From contig OZ242010.1 of assembly GCA_965204745.1 (NCBI GenBank), positions 3,360,001 through 3,424,000 of the forward strand: a DNA stretch of 64,000 bases, in the 5' to 3' direction. Positions within the stretch are counted from its first letter, which is position 1. The number at the start of each line of letters is the position of its first letter. The position numbers and the translations under genes were made by a program. The notes under the pieces were generated by a model. It was not told the DNA's origin. It was given only the letters and a program-made list of their open reading frames with translations, and searched no databases. This DNA is from Candidatus Latescibacterota bacterium (GTDB taxonomy: Bacteria > Latescibacterota > UBA2968). This document shows, piece after piece, positions 10,387-21,000 of this stretch.

Positions 10387-11283
10387 ATGGCAACCAAACG
10401 CATCAACCGATGTATCGAACTGCTCGAGCAGGGCGACTACCTCTATTACACGGGGGCAGGCCCGCTCACGTACGAGAACGGCAAGCAACAGGCCAAGACG
10501 TGGGCGGATTTTTTGATGGTGGATTACGAACACAATCCGTTTGACGTGGTCGGCCTTCGCACGTTTATGCGCGGGTTGGTCGATGGCGGCCCCACCAAGT
10601 CCGGGCATCGCACCCCGACCGTGATCGCCACGTTGCCATCCAACTGCCGCACCGTGGCGGAAGTGCGCGCCAATGCGTGGCAGATCAGGCACGTCTTGAG
10701 CGCGGGCGCGCACGGCATTTTGCACACGCATGCGCGGCAAGCCGATGCGGTCAGGGCCTTTGTCGAAGAGTGCCGCTATCCCTTCCAAACCCTGGGGCTG
10801 GATAGCGGCCTGGTTCAGGGACAACGCGGCGCAGGCGGTCAGGGCTACGCCGCCGAGATCTGGGGACTCAGCGGGCCGGAGTACACGCAGAAAGCCGATC
10901 CCTGGCCCCTCAATCCGGATGGCGAACTGATGCTCGGCCTGAAAATCGAAGACCGCGAGTGCGTTGCCAATGCCGAATTTATTTGCAAAGTGCCGGGCTT
11001 GGCATTCGCCGAATGGGGGCCTGGGGACATGGGCATGTCCTACGGATTCGCCGATGCCCACGACCCGCCGTATCCGGAGGTGATGGAACGGGCCCGAACC
11101 ACTGTGAAGGCCGAATGCGATGCCAATGGGATTCATTTTTTGTGCTCGTGGAAAGACCCCTCGAAAACCACCGAAGAGAACATTCGGTTTCTCATGGATT
11201 GGGGCGTGCGAATTATCTCGGGCGGCGGAGAGGAACACGCCCGAATCGGACGTGCGATTTCGGGCAGGCAAATGCCCGTGTGA
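10387..11283 (+). CDS. HpcH/HpaI aldolase/citrate lyase family protein
   Basis: LMVDYEH, LGLKIED, AEWGPGDMGMS motifs; RBS aaggag. Confidence 0.85.
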   Translation: MATKRINRCIELLEQGDYLYYTGAGPLTYENGKQQAKTWADFLMVDYEHNPFDVVGLRTFMRGLVDGGPTKSGHRTPTVIATLPSNCRTVAEVRANAWQIRHVLSAGAHGILHTHARQADAVRAFVEECRYPFQTLGLDSGLVQGQRGAGGQGYAAEIWGLSGPEYTQKADPWPLNPDGELMLGLKIEDRECVANAEFICKVPGLAFAEWGPGDMGMSYGFADAHDPPYPEVMERARTTVKAECDANGIHFLCSWKDPSKTTEENIRFLMDWGVRIISGGGEEHARIGRAISGRQMPV

Positions 11284-11309
11284 GCGCGTCAAACACAAAG
11301 GAGTTGGCG

Positions 11310-13094
11310 ATGGTCAAAATGTTGTTGCGCGATGTCGCGATGTCGGACCTCGCGGAAATTTACGAGCGAAATGCAGATCGATCCCCTGCGCCGTATCTCG
11401 AAGACGCAACGGCGATTGAACGGGCGAGGGGGTTGGCGAAAAAGAACGGGGTGTGGGATGACCTGAGCGAGAATTTGCATCCCACGCGAGAGATTCCGGT
11501 GTTGAAGCGGTCCGCGTTCCGCAATTACCAGCGCGTTGGTGACCGCAACTTGCCGCAGACCGTCGCGGGCAATCGCAGGCGCGAGTTGGAGCGGGCCGCG
11601 CTGGCCCTGTGGCTTTCGCATCCCAAGGCGGAGGTGGATTATTTGCAGGATTTGCTCTGGGCGTATTGCGACGATCACACTTGGGTCATGGCGGCCCACG
11701 AAGGGCGGGCCATCGATTTGGGGTCCGCTGGATTGGGCGCCGCGTTTGCGGAAATTTTGCATGTGTTGGGCGACCAACTCGAAGCCGAGGTGGTGCAGCG
11801 CGTTTCGCAAAAAATCGAGGAACGCATTTTTGAACCGTTTTGGAATTACGAACACTTGGATTTTTGGAAGACCGCGCGGATGAATTGGAACCATGTTTGC
11901 AATGGCGAGATCATCCGCACGGCGCTTTACCAGATTCAAGACCCCACGGTGTTGGCGCACATGACGCACGCGGCAATCGTCAATTTGACGTACGCGCTGG
12001 ACGGGTTCACAAACGACGGCGGGTGCGAAGAAGGGCCGGGGTATTGGGAGTACGGCTTTGGGCATTTCTTGTCCGTTGCCCACGCGCTTTATTTGAAGAC
12101 CGATGGCGAGTTGAATTTGATGGCGGATGAGACCGGCAAAATCCAGCGAATATGCCGGTACCCGCTCGCCGCGCACATTCACGGCGCGTTGCGCTCGACC
12201 TTTGCCGATTCGAGTCACGGGTACACCGGCGCGCGCTCCGCCCTGATCATCAATGCGTTTTTTGACCTGCCCGAACTCTACGCCCTGTGCGACACGCATC
12301 CGGACAACACCTTGAAGGTGCGCGATATGCACGGCTTGGCGATGTATGACGGGTTCGCGGTGACAGCAGAAGCAGATGATCGGGATTACGTCTTGCCAGA
12401 CTTGGGGCAGGCCAAGTTGCGGGGCGCGCCTGGGGACGATCAGTTGACCCTGATGTGTTTGGCCGGCAACAACGGCGTGCCGCACAACCACAACGACATC
12501 GGCAGTTTTATCGTGCATCGCGGGGACGCGCTGTGGTTGACGGATCCCGGCGGCCCTGTGTACAGCCAGAAAACCTTTGGCCCCAATCGCTACGACATTT
12601 TGTTTTGCAACGCGCTCGGGCATTCCGTGCCCATCATCGACGGGCAGTTGCAACAGGAGGGCAGCGAGTATTTCGGCACGTTGAGCGTTGAAAATTTGAA
12701 TGGCGAGAAGCGGGCGGTCATAGATATGACGAGGGCCTATCCCACGGGCACGGTGAAAAGCCTGACGCGCACGTTCGCGCTTCAGGCCAATGTGCTGACG
12801 CTGACGGATCACTACGTGTTTGACCACCCGCCGCAAACGGTCGAAGAGGGATTTATCACATTTGAATCCGCAACGATCAGCGCGGATGGCGATACCGTAC
12901 AGATCGGGCCGAAGAACGCGGGCATCGCGCTTTCGGCTGTGTTGACACCCGGGGCATTCTCCATCCAGCGATTCGAGGAGGAATCCAAAGAAGGGCGCAC
13001 GGACGAGGTGGTCACGCGCATCATTTTCACGCCCGAGCACCTGTCGCGGGATTTCCGGTTGCAATTTGCAATGGTGTCAGACACCCCGCGCTAA
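11310..13094 (+). CDS. Heparinase II/III-family protein
   Basis: NWNHVC, DGGCEEGPGYWEYG, PHNHNDIGSF, GHSVPIIDG motifs; ATG 11310 after aaggag; last codons and stop lie in the IS right end. Confidence 0.8.
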   Translation: MVKMLLRDVAMSDLAEIYERNADRSPAPYLEDATAIERARGLAKKNGVWDDLSENLHPTREIPVLKRSAFRNYQRVGDRNLPQTVAGNRRRELERAALALWLSHPKAEVDYLQDLLWAYCDDHTWVMAAHEGRAIDLGSAGLGAAFAEILHVLGDQLEAEVVQRVSQKIEERIFEPFWNYEHLDFWKTARMNWNHVCNGEIIRTALYQIQDPTVLAHMTHAAIVNLTYALDGFTNDGGCEEGPGYWEYGFGHFLSVAHALYLKTDGELNLMADETGKIQRICRYPLAAHIHGALRSTFADSSHGYTGARSALIINAFFDLPELYALCDTHPDNTLKVRDMHGLAMYDGFAVTAEADDRDYVLPDLGQAKLRGAPGDDQLTLMCLAGNNGVPHNHNDIGSFIVHRGDALWLTDPGGPVYSQKTFGPNRYDILFCNALGHSVPIIDGQLQQEGSEYFGTLSVENLNGEKRAVIDMTRAYPTGTVKSLTRTFALQANVLTLTDHYVFDHPPQTVEEGFITFESATISADGDTVQIGPKNAGIALSAVLTPGAFSIQRFEEESKEGRTDEVVTRIIFTPEHLSRDFRLQFAMVSDTPR

Positions 13095-14005
13095 AGCATC
13101 GGGGCTTGACCTTGCCCGTCTCCGCTAGTTGGCAGATAGGGCGAGTCTTTAGGCTTTCTGACGTAGCCCATTTGGGATTTAGGCGAATTGCAGTACCGCA
13201 CGTTGTCGGATATTCCGGGCGGCGTTGATGTCCGCATTCGCTTGATGCCCACGCTGGAGAGAAGCGCGGTGTTTGGCGTAGCGTTGTCGGACAACTTCAA
13301 CATCTTCACCAGACCATTGCGTGCCGTCGTCCGTGGTGGCGATAGGCGCCACGCCCAAGTCCACGCCGAGAAAGTCTTGGACATCTTGCATATCGCCATC
13401 GGGAATTTCAATGGCGATATGGAGAAACCACTTGCCATCCTTTCTCAACACCAAATCCGCCTGCTTCTTAGTGTGGTGCCACCGGTTCTGCTGATAGTCG
13501 CCATAGATGCACGGAACGACAACGCGACCTTGCAAAGTGGATAGCGAAACCTTATCCGCCCCCTTGATCGAATACAACCGCTTGTCGTAGGGCACAGACG
13601 AAAACGGACGGAACGTCGGCGCGGTTTTGTGCTTCTTCTTCAGCGCAGATTTCACCGCAACAACGACGAGACCAAACACCTTGACCGCATGTTGGGCCGA
13701 CAAGCCAAAGCGTTTGCGAATGTCGTAGTAATACAACTTCTGAAGTGCAAAATTGTCGGTCAATCGGCGTTCAAAAGCAAGCGGAGAGACATAGTTGCAA
13801 GCCGCATTGAAGCGTTGCATCGTCTCGCGCATCTTGTCCGCGCTAACCGCGTCAGGCAACAGCCGTATCTGAAGTACCACTTTCATAGCACACCCTCCTT
13901 GTGAATAGTATAGTCACAAAAGAGGAACAGGTCAAACGATTTATGTGCTGAAGCAACACCAACTTCAAAGCCCTTACCTCCCGCCGTGAACGGACGGGGC
14001 TTCAT
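13076..14005 (-). mobile_element. IS200/IS605-family non-autonomous (tnpB-only) element
   Basis: Left-end hairpin aagccccgtccgttcacggcggg (~13980-14002) and right-end hairpin aagccccgatgctttagcgcgggg followed by tgtctgac (~13076-13108) on the minus strand; no tnpA. Confidence 0.75.
13179..13886 (-). pseudogene. tnpB: TnpB with in-frame internal deletion (RuvC-II and zinc ribbon missing)
   Basis: QIRLLPD N-terminus, FLGVDLG (RuvC-I), ANADINAARNI (RuvC-III); only 235 aa, with ASLQR joined directly to GHQANAD. Confidence 0.8.
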
Positions 14006-14097
14006 GGGCTCGATATGCTATTTCCCTTGACCCCAACGCCCGCCTGCGCGATTATTGTGCAACCGTGTTACCCACTTCATGATTTCAGGAGTCTGCA

Positions 14098-15000
14098 ATG
14101 GCAAGCGTTCTCAAAGAAGCCACCGCACGCATCGCAGAAAGCGACGTGGCTTTTTACCGCGAAAACGGATATCTCGTCATTCCCGATGCGCTCACCCAAG
14201 AAGAAGTTGAAACCCTGCGCGCTGAAACCGCGGCCTTGTGTCGGGGCGAGCGCGGCGCGGTGAGTCAGTTGCCCGAGGTGTCCTCCGGCGATACCGATGA
14301 CGAGGTGCTCAACCGCATTCTGTGCATCCACCACGTACACAGAACCTCGCCCATGATGTACGACGCGCTCTCCCATCCCGTGCTCGTCGAAGCCCTCACC
14401 CGCGTCATTGGCCCCAATGTCAAATGCATGCAATCCATGCTCTTTATCAAAAGTGCCGGCAAGCCCGGGCAAGCGTGGCACCAAGATGAAATCTACATCC
14501 CCACCCGCGACCGCTCCCTCACTGGCGGCTGGTTTGCCCTCGACGATGCCACCGCGCAAAACGGCTGTTTGTGGGTCATTCCCGGCTCGCACAAGCGCGG
14601 GATTTTGTGGCCGCAGCGCGTGCAACACGACGCCCGTTTTGACTGCGCCCATGAGACCTTCCGCTTTCCGTACACCGATGACGACGCCATCCCCGTGGAA
14701 GTTCACACCGGCGCGCTCGTCCTCTTTCACGGCTACTTGCTCCACCGCTCATTGCCCAACCGCGCCAAATCCGGTTTTCGCCGCGTGCTCGTCAACCACT
14801 ACATGAGCGCGGAATCCCTCTTGCCGTGGCACAGCCTCAAACCCGGCGAGCGCGTGGCAACCGCCGACTTTCGAGAAATCATCATGATCGCAGGCGAAGA
14901 CCCTTACGCGTACAAAGGCACGCAAATGTCCGGACGCCCCCATGTGCGATCTGCCGGCGAAGGTGGGTGCGGCGATGGCCGGCAGAATGTGCGGTCATGA
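14098..15000 (+). CDS. Phytanoyl-CoA dioxygenase (PhyH) family Fe(II)/2OG dioxygenase
   Basis: WHQD, NGCLWVIPGSH, LLHRSLPN...RR motifs. Confidence 0.9.
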   Translation: MASVLKEATARIAESDVAFYRENGYLVIPDALTQEEVETLRAETAALCRGERGAVSQLPEVSSGDTDDEVLNRILCIHHVHRTSPMMYDALSHPVLVEALTRVIGPNVKCMQSMLFIKSAGKPGQAWHQDEIYIPTRDRSLTGGWFALDDATAQNGCLWVIPGSHKRGILWPQRVQHDARFDCAHETFRFPYTDDDAIPVEVHTGALVLFHGYLLHRSLPNRAKSGFRRVLVNHYMSAESLLPWHSLKPGERVATADFREIIMIAGEDPYAYKGTQMSGRPHVRSAGEGGCGDGRQNVRS

Positions 15001-16410
15001 GTTTTGGTACTGATCCCCCGGCGCGCGCTGGTAGGTTTTTGCAATGGCCGGATCCGTATCGGTCTCCGCGATCAATTTCAGGAGGGCGTCGTGCAACCGC
15101 CGCGCTTCTTTGGGATGGGCGGCGATGACATTGTTTTGCTGATGGGGATCGTCGGGCATGAGAAATAATTCATCCACGCGCCGCTCCGGCATGTTGCGGC
15201 AATCGTAGCGTTCGATGCGAATCGGCTTGGGGCCTTTGTACGCCAAGTCCTTGTTGGGCCAATACACCAGCGTCCAGGTGCCGTCGGTAATTGTGGCGGG
15301 CACTGTGCCCCACGAGTCATCCAAATTGCGCCCGCTGATTGCGAACTCTCGATGTAGCACGGTCTCGCCCAGCAACACATCGGCAAACGATTTTCCCTGC
15401 ACCCCATTGGGCGCGTCCAATCCCGCCAACGCGCAAAGCGTGGGAAACACATCCACGGGTTGTACCAGACTATCCACGCGCTTGCCCGCCATCGCCCTGT
15501 CCGGGTGATAGACCATAAACGGCAGGTGAACCATCGGGTCGTAAAGCTGGCCCCAGTCGCCCCAGGGCTTGCCCTGCAACCCGTGGTCGCCAAAGTAGTG
15601 ACCGTGATCAGCCATCACCAAAAACACCGTATTCTCCTTCAACCCCATCACCTCAACCGCATCCCACAACATCCCCAACCACCGATCCGTCATCGTCACT
15701 TCCCCGGCGTACAAAGCGCGCACATGCTCGCGTTCCCGATCCGTCATGTAATTGCTGAACCCATAGCACGGATAAATGAGCTCATCGCCCTCATAATCCG
15801 CGTCGTACAGATCCACATAGTACTGCGGCGGGTCCCACGGCTCGTGCGGATCCCAAGAATCGATCCATAAAAAAAAGCCATCCCGCACGTAATTCCGCTC
15901 CAACCAGTGCATCGCTTGGGTGAACACGCGCGGCCCCAAATAATCGGATTCAAACAACCGCCCGCGCTGGTTTGCCAGATAGCGAATCACCCCGGGCTTG
16001 ACCTTATCCGCACTGGCCGGCCAGTCGATTTCCTCCAAGGCGTCGCTGATCCACGGCTCTCCGCCCTGCCCGCGAATCCACTCAATCGACCCAAATCCCC
16101 GGTCGAGAAAATTCCCCTGCGTCATAAACATCGGCGTATCAAAAACCAATCCCGTGGCATATCCCGCCCGGCGAAACCCCTCGGCCAGCGTGGGCACGCC
16201 GCGTTCCATCGCATCCCAGGTGTGAAACGGATGCCCCCAGCGCCCGGTGAACAAATCGCGCCGGCACGGCAGGGTTGGAAACGACCCCGCATACGCCTTT
16301 GAAAACACCAAGGACTCGGTCGCAATGCGATCCATATTCGGGGTCTTCGCCTTGTTGCCATACACATGGTCTGCCCGCAACGAGTCCAGCATCACGCAAA
16401 TAACATTCAC
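14995..16410 (-). CDS. Sulfatase-family hydrolase
   Basis: GTG start, VMLDSLRADH, PTLPCRRDLFTGR, WDPHEPWDPP, MADHG motifs. Confidence 0.85.
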   Translation of the reverse strand: MNVICVMLDSLRADHVYGNKAKTPNMDRIATESLVFSKAYAGSFPTLPCRRDLFTGRWGHPFHTWDAMERGVPTLAEGFRRAGYATGLVFDTPMFMTQGNFLDRGFGSIEWIRGQGGEPWISDALEEIDWPASADKVKPGVIRYLANQRGRLFESDYLGPRVFTQAMHWLERNYVRDGFFLWIDSWDPHEPWDPPQYYVDLYDADYEGDELIYPCYGFSNYMTDREREHVRALYAGEVTMTDRWLGMLWDAVEVMGLKENTVFLVMADHGHYFGDHGLQGKPWGDWGQLYDPMVHLPFMVYHPDRAMAGKRVDSLVQPVDVFPTLCALAGLDAPNGVQGKSFADVLLGETVLHREFAISGRNLDDSWGTVPATITDGTWTLVYWPNKDLAYKGPKPIRIERYDCRNMPERRVDELFLMPDDPHQQNNVIAAHPKEARRLHDALLKLIAETDTDPAIAKTYQRAPGDQYQNS

Positions 16411-16420
16411 GCCAAGCCTC

Positions 16421-17410
16421 CTAATCTCGCAATCGCCCAGTGCCGCGCAACACGGTCTCTTGAACCAGCAACTCGTGCTCGTACGGGCGATCTGCCGGGC
16501 GCGCGCCGCGCATCGCATCCAAAAACGCTTCCAATTCCAACGCGTACAAATCCTGCCGCGATTGTGGGGCCACCTCGACAAATTGCACGCCTGCGTCATA
16601 TCCATCTCGCGCACGGGCCAAACACAGGCGGATATGCTCCGCAGGCTCCATCGGATCCATAATCGCGCTGCCCTGCGTGCCATACACTTCGAACCGCCGC
16701 GCAGTCGGCCGCGGTTCCATCGCCGCGATATCGACGATGGCAATGGCCCGCTCAAATTCAAAAATGCCCACTCCATTGTCGGTAAAGCCCTCGACCTCGC
16801 GCATATCGTTCCGCATAAACGGCGTCACGCGCACGGGCCTGCCCAAAAGCCACACGATTTGATCGAGTTGATGGCTGGACAGATCGTAAAATATGCCACC
16901 GCGATGCGCCGCGACCCGTTCCTTTTGCGCTTTGCCCACTGACGTGGACATGTGCGCCCGAACCGCAAACACATCGCCCAACAACCCCGAACGCACCCAC
17001 TCGGCGATTTTGCAATACCCATCGTGATACCGAAACATGTACCCCATCTGCACGAGCGAGTCCCGCTCGCGCGCCAGCGCGATGACCCGCTGCCATCCCG
17101 CCCAATTTTCGCCTGCGGGTTTGTCGTACCAAACGTGCTTGCCCGCTCGCACAATGGCCTCTGTCTGCGCCAGGCTTTCGACATTCGCGCCCTCTGACGC
17201 AATGCCCACAATGGACGCATCCCCGAGCATCTCCGCTTCGGATTCAAACCAAGACACGCCCTCATAACTGCCCGATTGCGCCGCGGCCTCGCGCTGTCGC
17301 TCATCGGGTTCAAACACGCCGACCACCTCGACTTCGGCATTTGCTCGCATCGCCCGCAATTTCCCGGCCGCGTGCCCGTGCTTTGTCCCGTATTGCGCCA
17401 TCCTGATCAT
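16421..17410 (-). CDS. Gfo/Idh/MocA oxidoreductase
   Basis: GKHVWYDKP, QMGYMFRY, GGIFYDLSSH motifs. Confidence 0.9.
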   Translation of the reverse strand: MIRMAQYGTKHGHAAGKLRAMRANAEVEVVGVFEPDERQREAAAQSGSYEGVSWFESEAEMLGDASIVGIASEGANVESLAQTEAIVRAGKHVWYDKPAGENWAGWQRVIALARERDSLVQMGYMFRYHDGYCKIAEWVRSGLLGDVFAVRAHMSTSVGKAQKERVAAHRGGIFYDLSSHQLDQIVWLLGRPVRVTPFMRNDMREVEGFTDNGVGIFEFERAIAIVDIAAMEPRPTARRFEVYGTQGSAIMDPMEPAEHIRLCLARARDGYDAGVQFVEVAPQSRQDLYALELEAFLDAMRGARPADRPYEHELLVQETVLRGTGRLRD

Positions 17411-17486
17411 CGCTCATTCCCTCCTGTGGTAATACGTAGTCGCGCCATTAGAATAACACGCCCTCCACTTGAAGTCAAACGAGATT

Positions 17487-17752
17487 TGTCAGTTGTCAGT
17501 TGTCAGTTGTCAGTTGTCAATGCGAATTAAGAGTAGAAAGCGAGTAAGAAGCAAGCCGCGGTCAATCATCCAAAGACCTGAACGAGTCATCCATTATAGA
17601 ATCGCCCTTGAATTTGTCTTAAAACGAACGATAGATGCCCCTCCTCCGGCTCTTCCCCGCAACGGAGAGATGTTATTCCCCTTGTATCTTCCTCGTAGGC
17701 ACAGGCGTAGCCTACAACGAAGCGTAGCGAGTAACGGGGCTAGTGGGTAGGT
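17487..17752. repeat. (TGTCAGT)n heptamers plus a dispersed composite repeat shared with 35923-36325
   Basis: tgcgaattaagagtagaaagcgagta...aacgatagatg and ggcacaggcgtagcctacaacgaagcgtagcgagtaacgggg occur at both sites. Confidence 0.8.
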
Positions 17753-17761
17753 TCCAATTCC

Positions 17762-17808
17762 AAAAAGTAAAGCCCGAGTTCACTGGGAACCCGGGCTTTA
17801 CTTTTTTT
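17762..17808. terminator. Bidirectional terminator
   Basis: aaaaagtaaagcccg...cgggctttacttttttt inverted repeat with A/T tails. Confidence 0.8.
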
Positions 17809-17842
17809 GTATGCGTGCCGCCCTTTCGGACCCCTTCGTCGT

Positions 17843-18034
17843 TCAGCCTGTCGAGCCAAAGTCGGCGGCGAAGATGAGGAAAAGGGATTCGATCTCTTGC
17901 TTCCGCATATAGGCCAGTGTATCCACACTCGCATCGCCAAAGGACGGTGCCACGTTCGTGTTGCTGGTGAGGAAGAAACTCAGGGTGTTCTCATCGCCAT
18001 TTTCATCTGTGGCGATCAGGGAACAGGCTTTCAT
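17843..18034 (-). pseudogene. Remnant of a surface-protein gene (Ig-like linker and EF-hand-like tail fragments)
   Basis: 63 aa with ATDENGDE...VAPSFGDASV and FAADFG pieces; ATGA overlap with the giant gene stop. Confidence 0.4.
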
Positions 18035-21000
18035 TGGAAGTGGGAGTCGGGATAGAGGCTTCGGATGTAGGGTTCAATGTCTTGAGTGGTCGTGCGCGTA
18101 GCATTTTGCTCGATGACGTTCCCTCTGACGAGGGCCTCGTTCCGGAAGAAGAGGACATATCGAATGATCAGGATTATATCCGAGAACAGCCTCACATCGC
18201 CATCGCCATCCACATCGAGAATGTTCTGATTGACCAACGTGTCGAGGTAGGGTTCAATTTCTTGAGCGGTCGTGCGCGTGGCAGTTGGCTCGATGACGTT
18301 CCCTCTGAGGAGGGCCTCTTCCCGGAAGAAGAGGACGTATCGAATGACCAGGATTATATCCGAGAACAATCTCACCCGGCCATCGCCATCCACATCCAAG
18401 TTGGCACTCGGGGTTTCGTCATCGGTCAGGGTCAGGGTCACGGGCGAGGGTGCGGTGATGCCTTGGGCGTTGTTTGCGGTTGCAGACACCGTGACCGTCT
18501 TCTCGTCTGCCTGGTCGTTGTTGTCCACGGCGGTGATCGTCACGATGTCCGTGCTCGTTGTGGTCGCCGCCGCGATGATCAGCGTGTCTGCATTCGATAG
18601 CGTGAAGTCGCTCGCAGTTGCAGGGGACACAGGTGCCGCAGAGACCGTGATCGTCGTGGTCGCGCTCGACGGATGCGACAGGGTCGCGCTCACCGTGGAA
18701 ACCCCGCCGTTTTCCGAGATGGACGAGGGCATCAGCACCAACGTCACGGTCGGCGCATCTTCATCGTCGGTCGTCGTCACTTGAACATCCTCGGAAAGGG
18801 TGTTGTAGTTGGTATCGCCGCTTGACGAGGCGAGCCGCACCGTCCAGGGGATGTCCCCGTCGTCAATGGTGTCGTCCTGTCCGGTCACGGTCACGGTTTG
18901 TGCCGTGTTATAGGCCGTCGGCGTGAAGGTCAGCATCGCAGGCTCAACCCGCCCCTCGCTCGGGTCTTGGCTCGTCACCGAAATCGTCACCGCCGCCGTG
19001 GGTTGCGTCAGTAGGGCCACCGTGAAGGTCGCCGAGGCACCGGCCTCTGTCGCCTGCCCGGTCACCGCGCTGATGTCCAAGCCGAAATCGTTATCGCGGT
19101 TGACCATATACACGCTGATATCGGTGAGCGCGTCATAGTTGGTGTCCTGCGTATCCGTCTGGTTCACCGAAAGGGTGACCGTATAGTTCTGGTTGCCATC
19201 GATGGCGGAGGGGGTATCGTCCTGTCCGGTCACGGTCACGGTTTGTGCCGTGTTCCATGTTGTCGATGAGAAGGTCAGCACCGAGGGCGATACAGTGCCT
19301 TCATCCGTGTTTGAACTGACCACCGAGAGGGCCACGTCCCCCGTCGGCTCGGTGGCGAGCGTGACCGTGAAGGTCGCTGCCCTGCCCGACTCTGTCGTCT
19401 CAAGCCTGACGGTCGTCGAGGTCACCGCCGACACGTCAATCGCCGCAATGTCGTCATCGGTGATCGTCAGCGTCACATCCTGCACGTTGCCCGCGCCGTG
19501 GTCGTTCTCCACAGCGGCGGTCTGCACCATCACCGCGTTGTCTGATGCGTCTATGTCGTTGTTCACGGCGGTGAGTGCCACCGTGTCCGCCGCGTTCGTC
19601 GTATCCCCGGCCGCGATGGTGATCGTCGAATCCGACCCCACCGTGTAGGCATTCGCCACCGGGCGCACCGTGATCGTCGTCGCCGCGCTCGATGGGTGTG
19701 TCAGCGTCGCGCTCACCGTGCTCACGCCGCCGGCCTCCGAGATGGACGCGGGCGACAGCATTAGTGTCACGTCCGGCGCGGCGTCATCGTCCTCTAGCGT
19801 CAATGCCGCCCCGGTCACACTACTCACGCCTTGGGCGTTGCCCGCCACACCGGTCACGGTCACATTCTTATTCGCCGCATCGGTCGTGTTGTCCACGGCC
19901 GTGATCTCTACTGTGTCCGACGTGTTCGCCGTACTCCCGGCCGCGATGGTGATCGTCGAATCCGACCCCACCGTGTAGGCATTCGCCACCGGACGCACTG
20001 TGATCGTCGTTGCCGCGCTCGACGAATGCGACAGTGTTGCCGTGATCGTGGAAACCCCGCCGTTTTCCAAGATGGACGAGGGCGACAGCACCAATGTCAC
20101 GGTCGGCGCCTCGTCGTCGTCCGTTAGCACCAAAGTCTCGTCGGTCACACTGCCTGCGCCTTGGTCGTTGTTCGCCACACCGGACACGGTCACACGCTTG
20201 GCAGGCGCATCGGTCATATTGTTCACTGCTGTGATCGTCACGGTGCCCGTGCTCGTTGTGGCCGTCGCCGCGATGATCAGCGTGTCTGCACCCGATAGCG
20301 TGAAGTCGCTCGCAGTCGCAGGGGACACAGGCGCCGCAGAAACCGTGATCGTCGTGACCGCGCTCGATGGATGCGACAGGGTCGCGCTCACCGTGGAAAC
20401 CTCGGCGTTTTCCGAGATGGACGAGGGCATCAGCACCAACGTCACGGTCGGTGCCTCGTCATTGTCGGTCGTCGTCACTTGAACATCCTCGGAAAGGGTG
20501 TTGTAGTTGGTATCGCCGCTTGACAGGGCGAGTCGCACCGTCCAGGTGACGTCCCCGTCGTCGATGGTGTCGTCCTGCCCGGTCACGGTCACGGTTTGTG
20601 CCGTGTTATAGCCTGACGTCGTGAAGGTCAGCACCGCAGGCTCAACCCGCCCCTCGCTCGGGTCTTGGCTCGTCACCGAAACCGTCACCGCCGCCGAGGG
20701 TTGCGTCAGCAGGGCCACCGTGAAGGTCGCCGAGGCACCGGCCTCTGTCGCCTGTCCGGTCACCGCGCTGATGTCCAAGCCGAAATCGTTATCGCGGTTG
20801 ACCATGTACACGCTGATATCGGTGAGCGCGTCATAGTTGGTGTCCTGCGTATCCGTCTGGTTCACCGAAAGGGTGACCGTATAGTTCTGGTTGCCATCGA
20901 TGGCGGAGGGGGTATCGTCCTGCCCGGTCACGGTCACGGTTTGTGCCGTGTTCCAGTTTGATGGCATGAAGGTCAGCACCGAGGGCGATACAGTGCCTTC

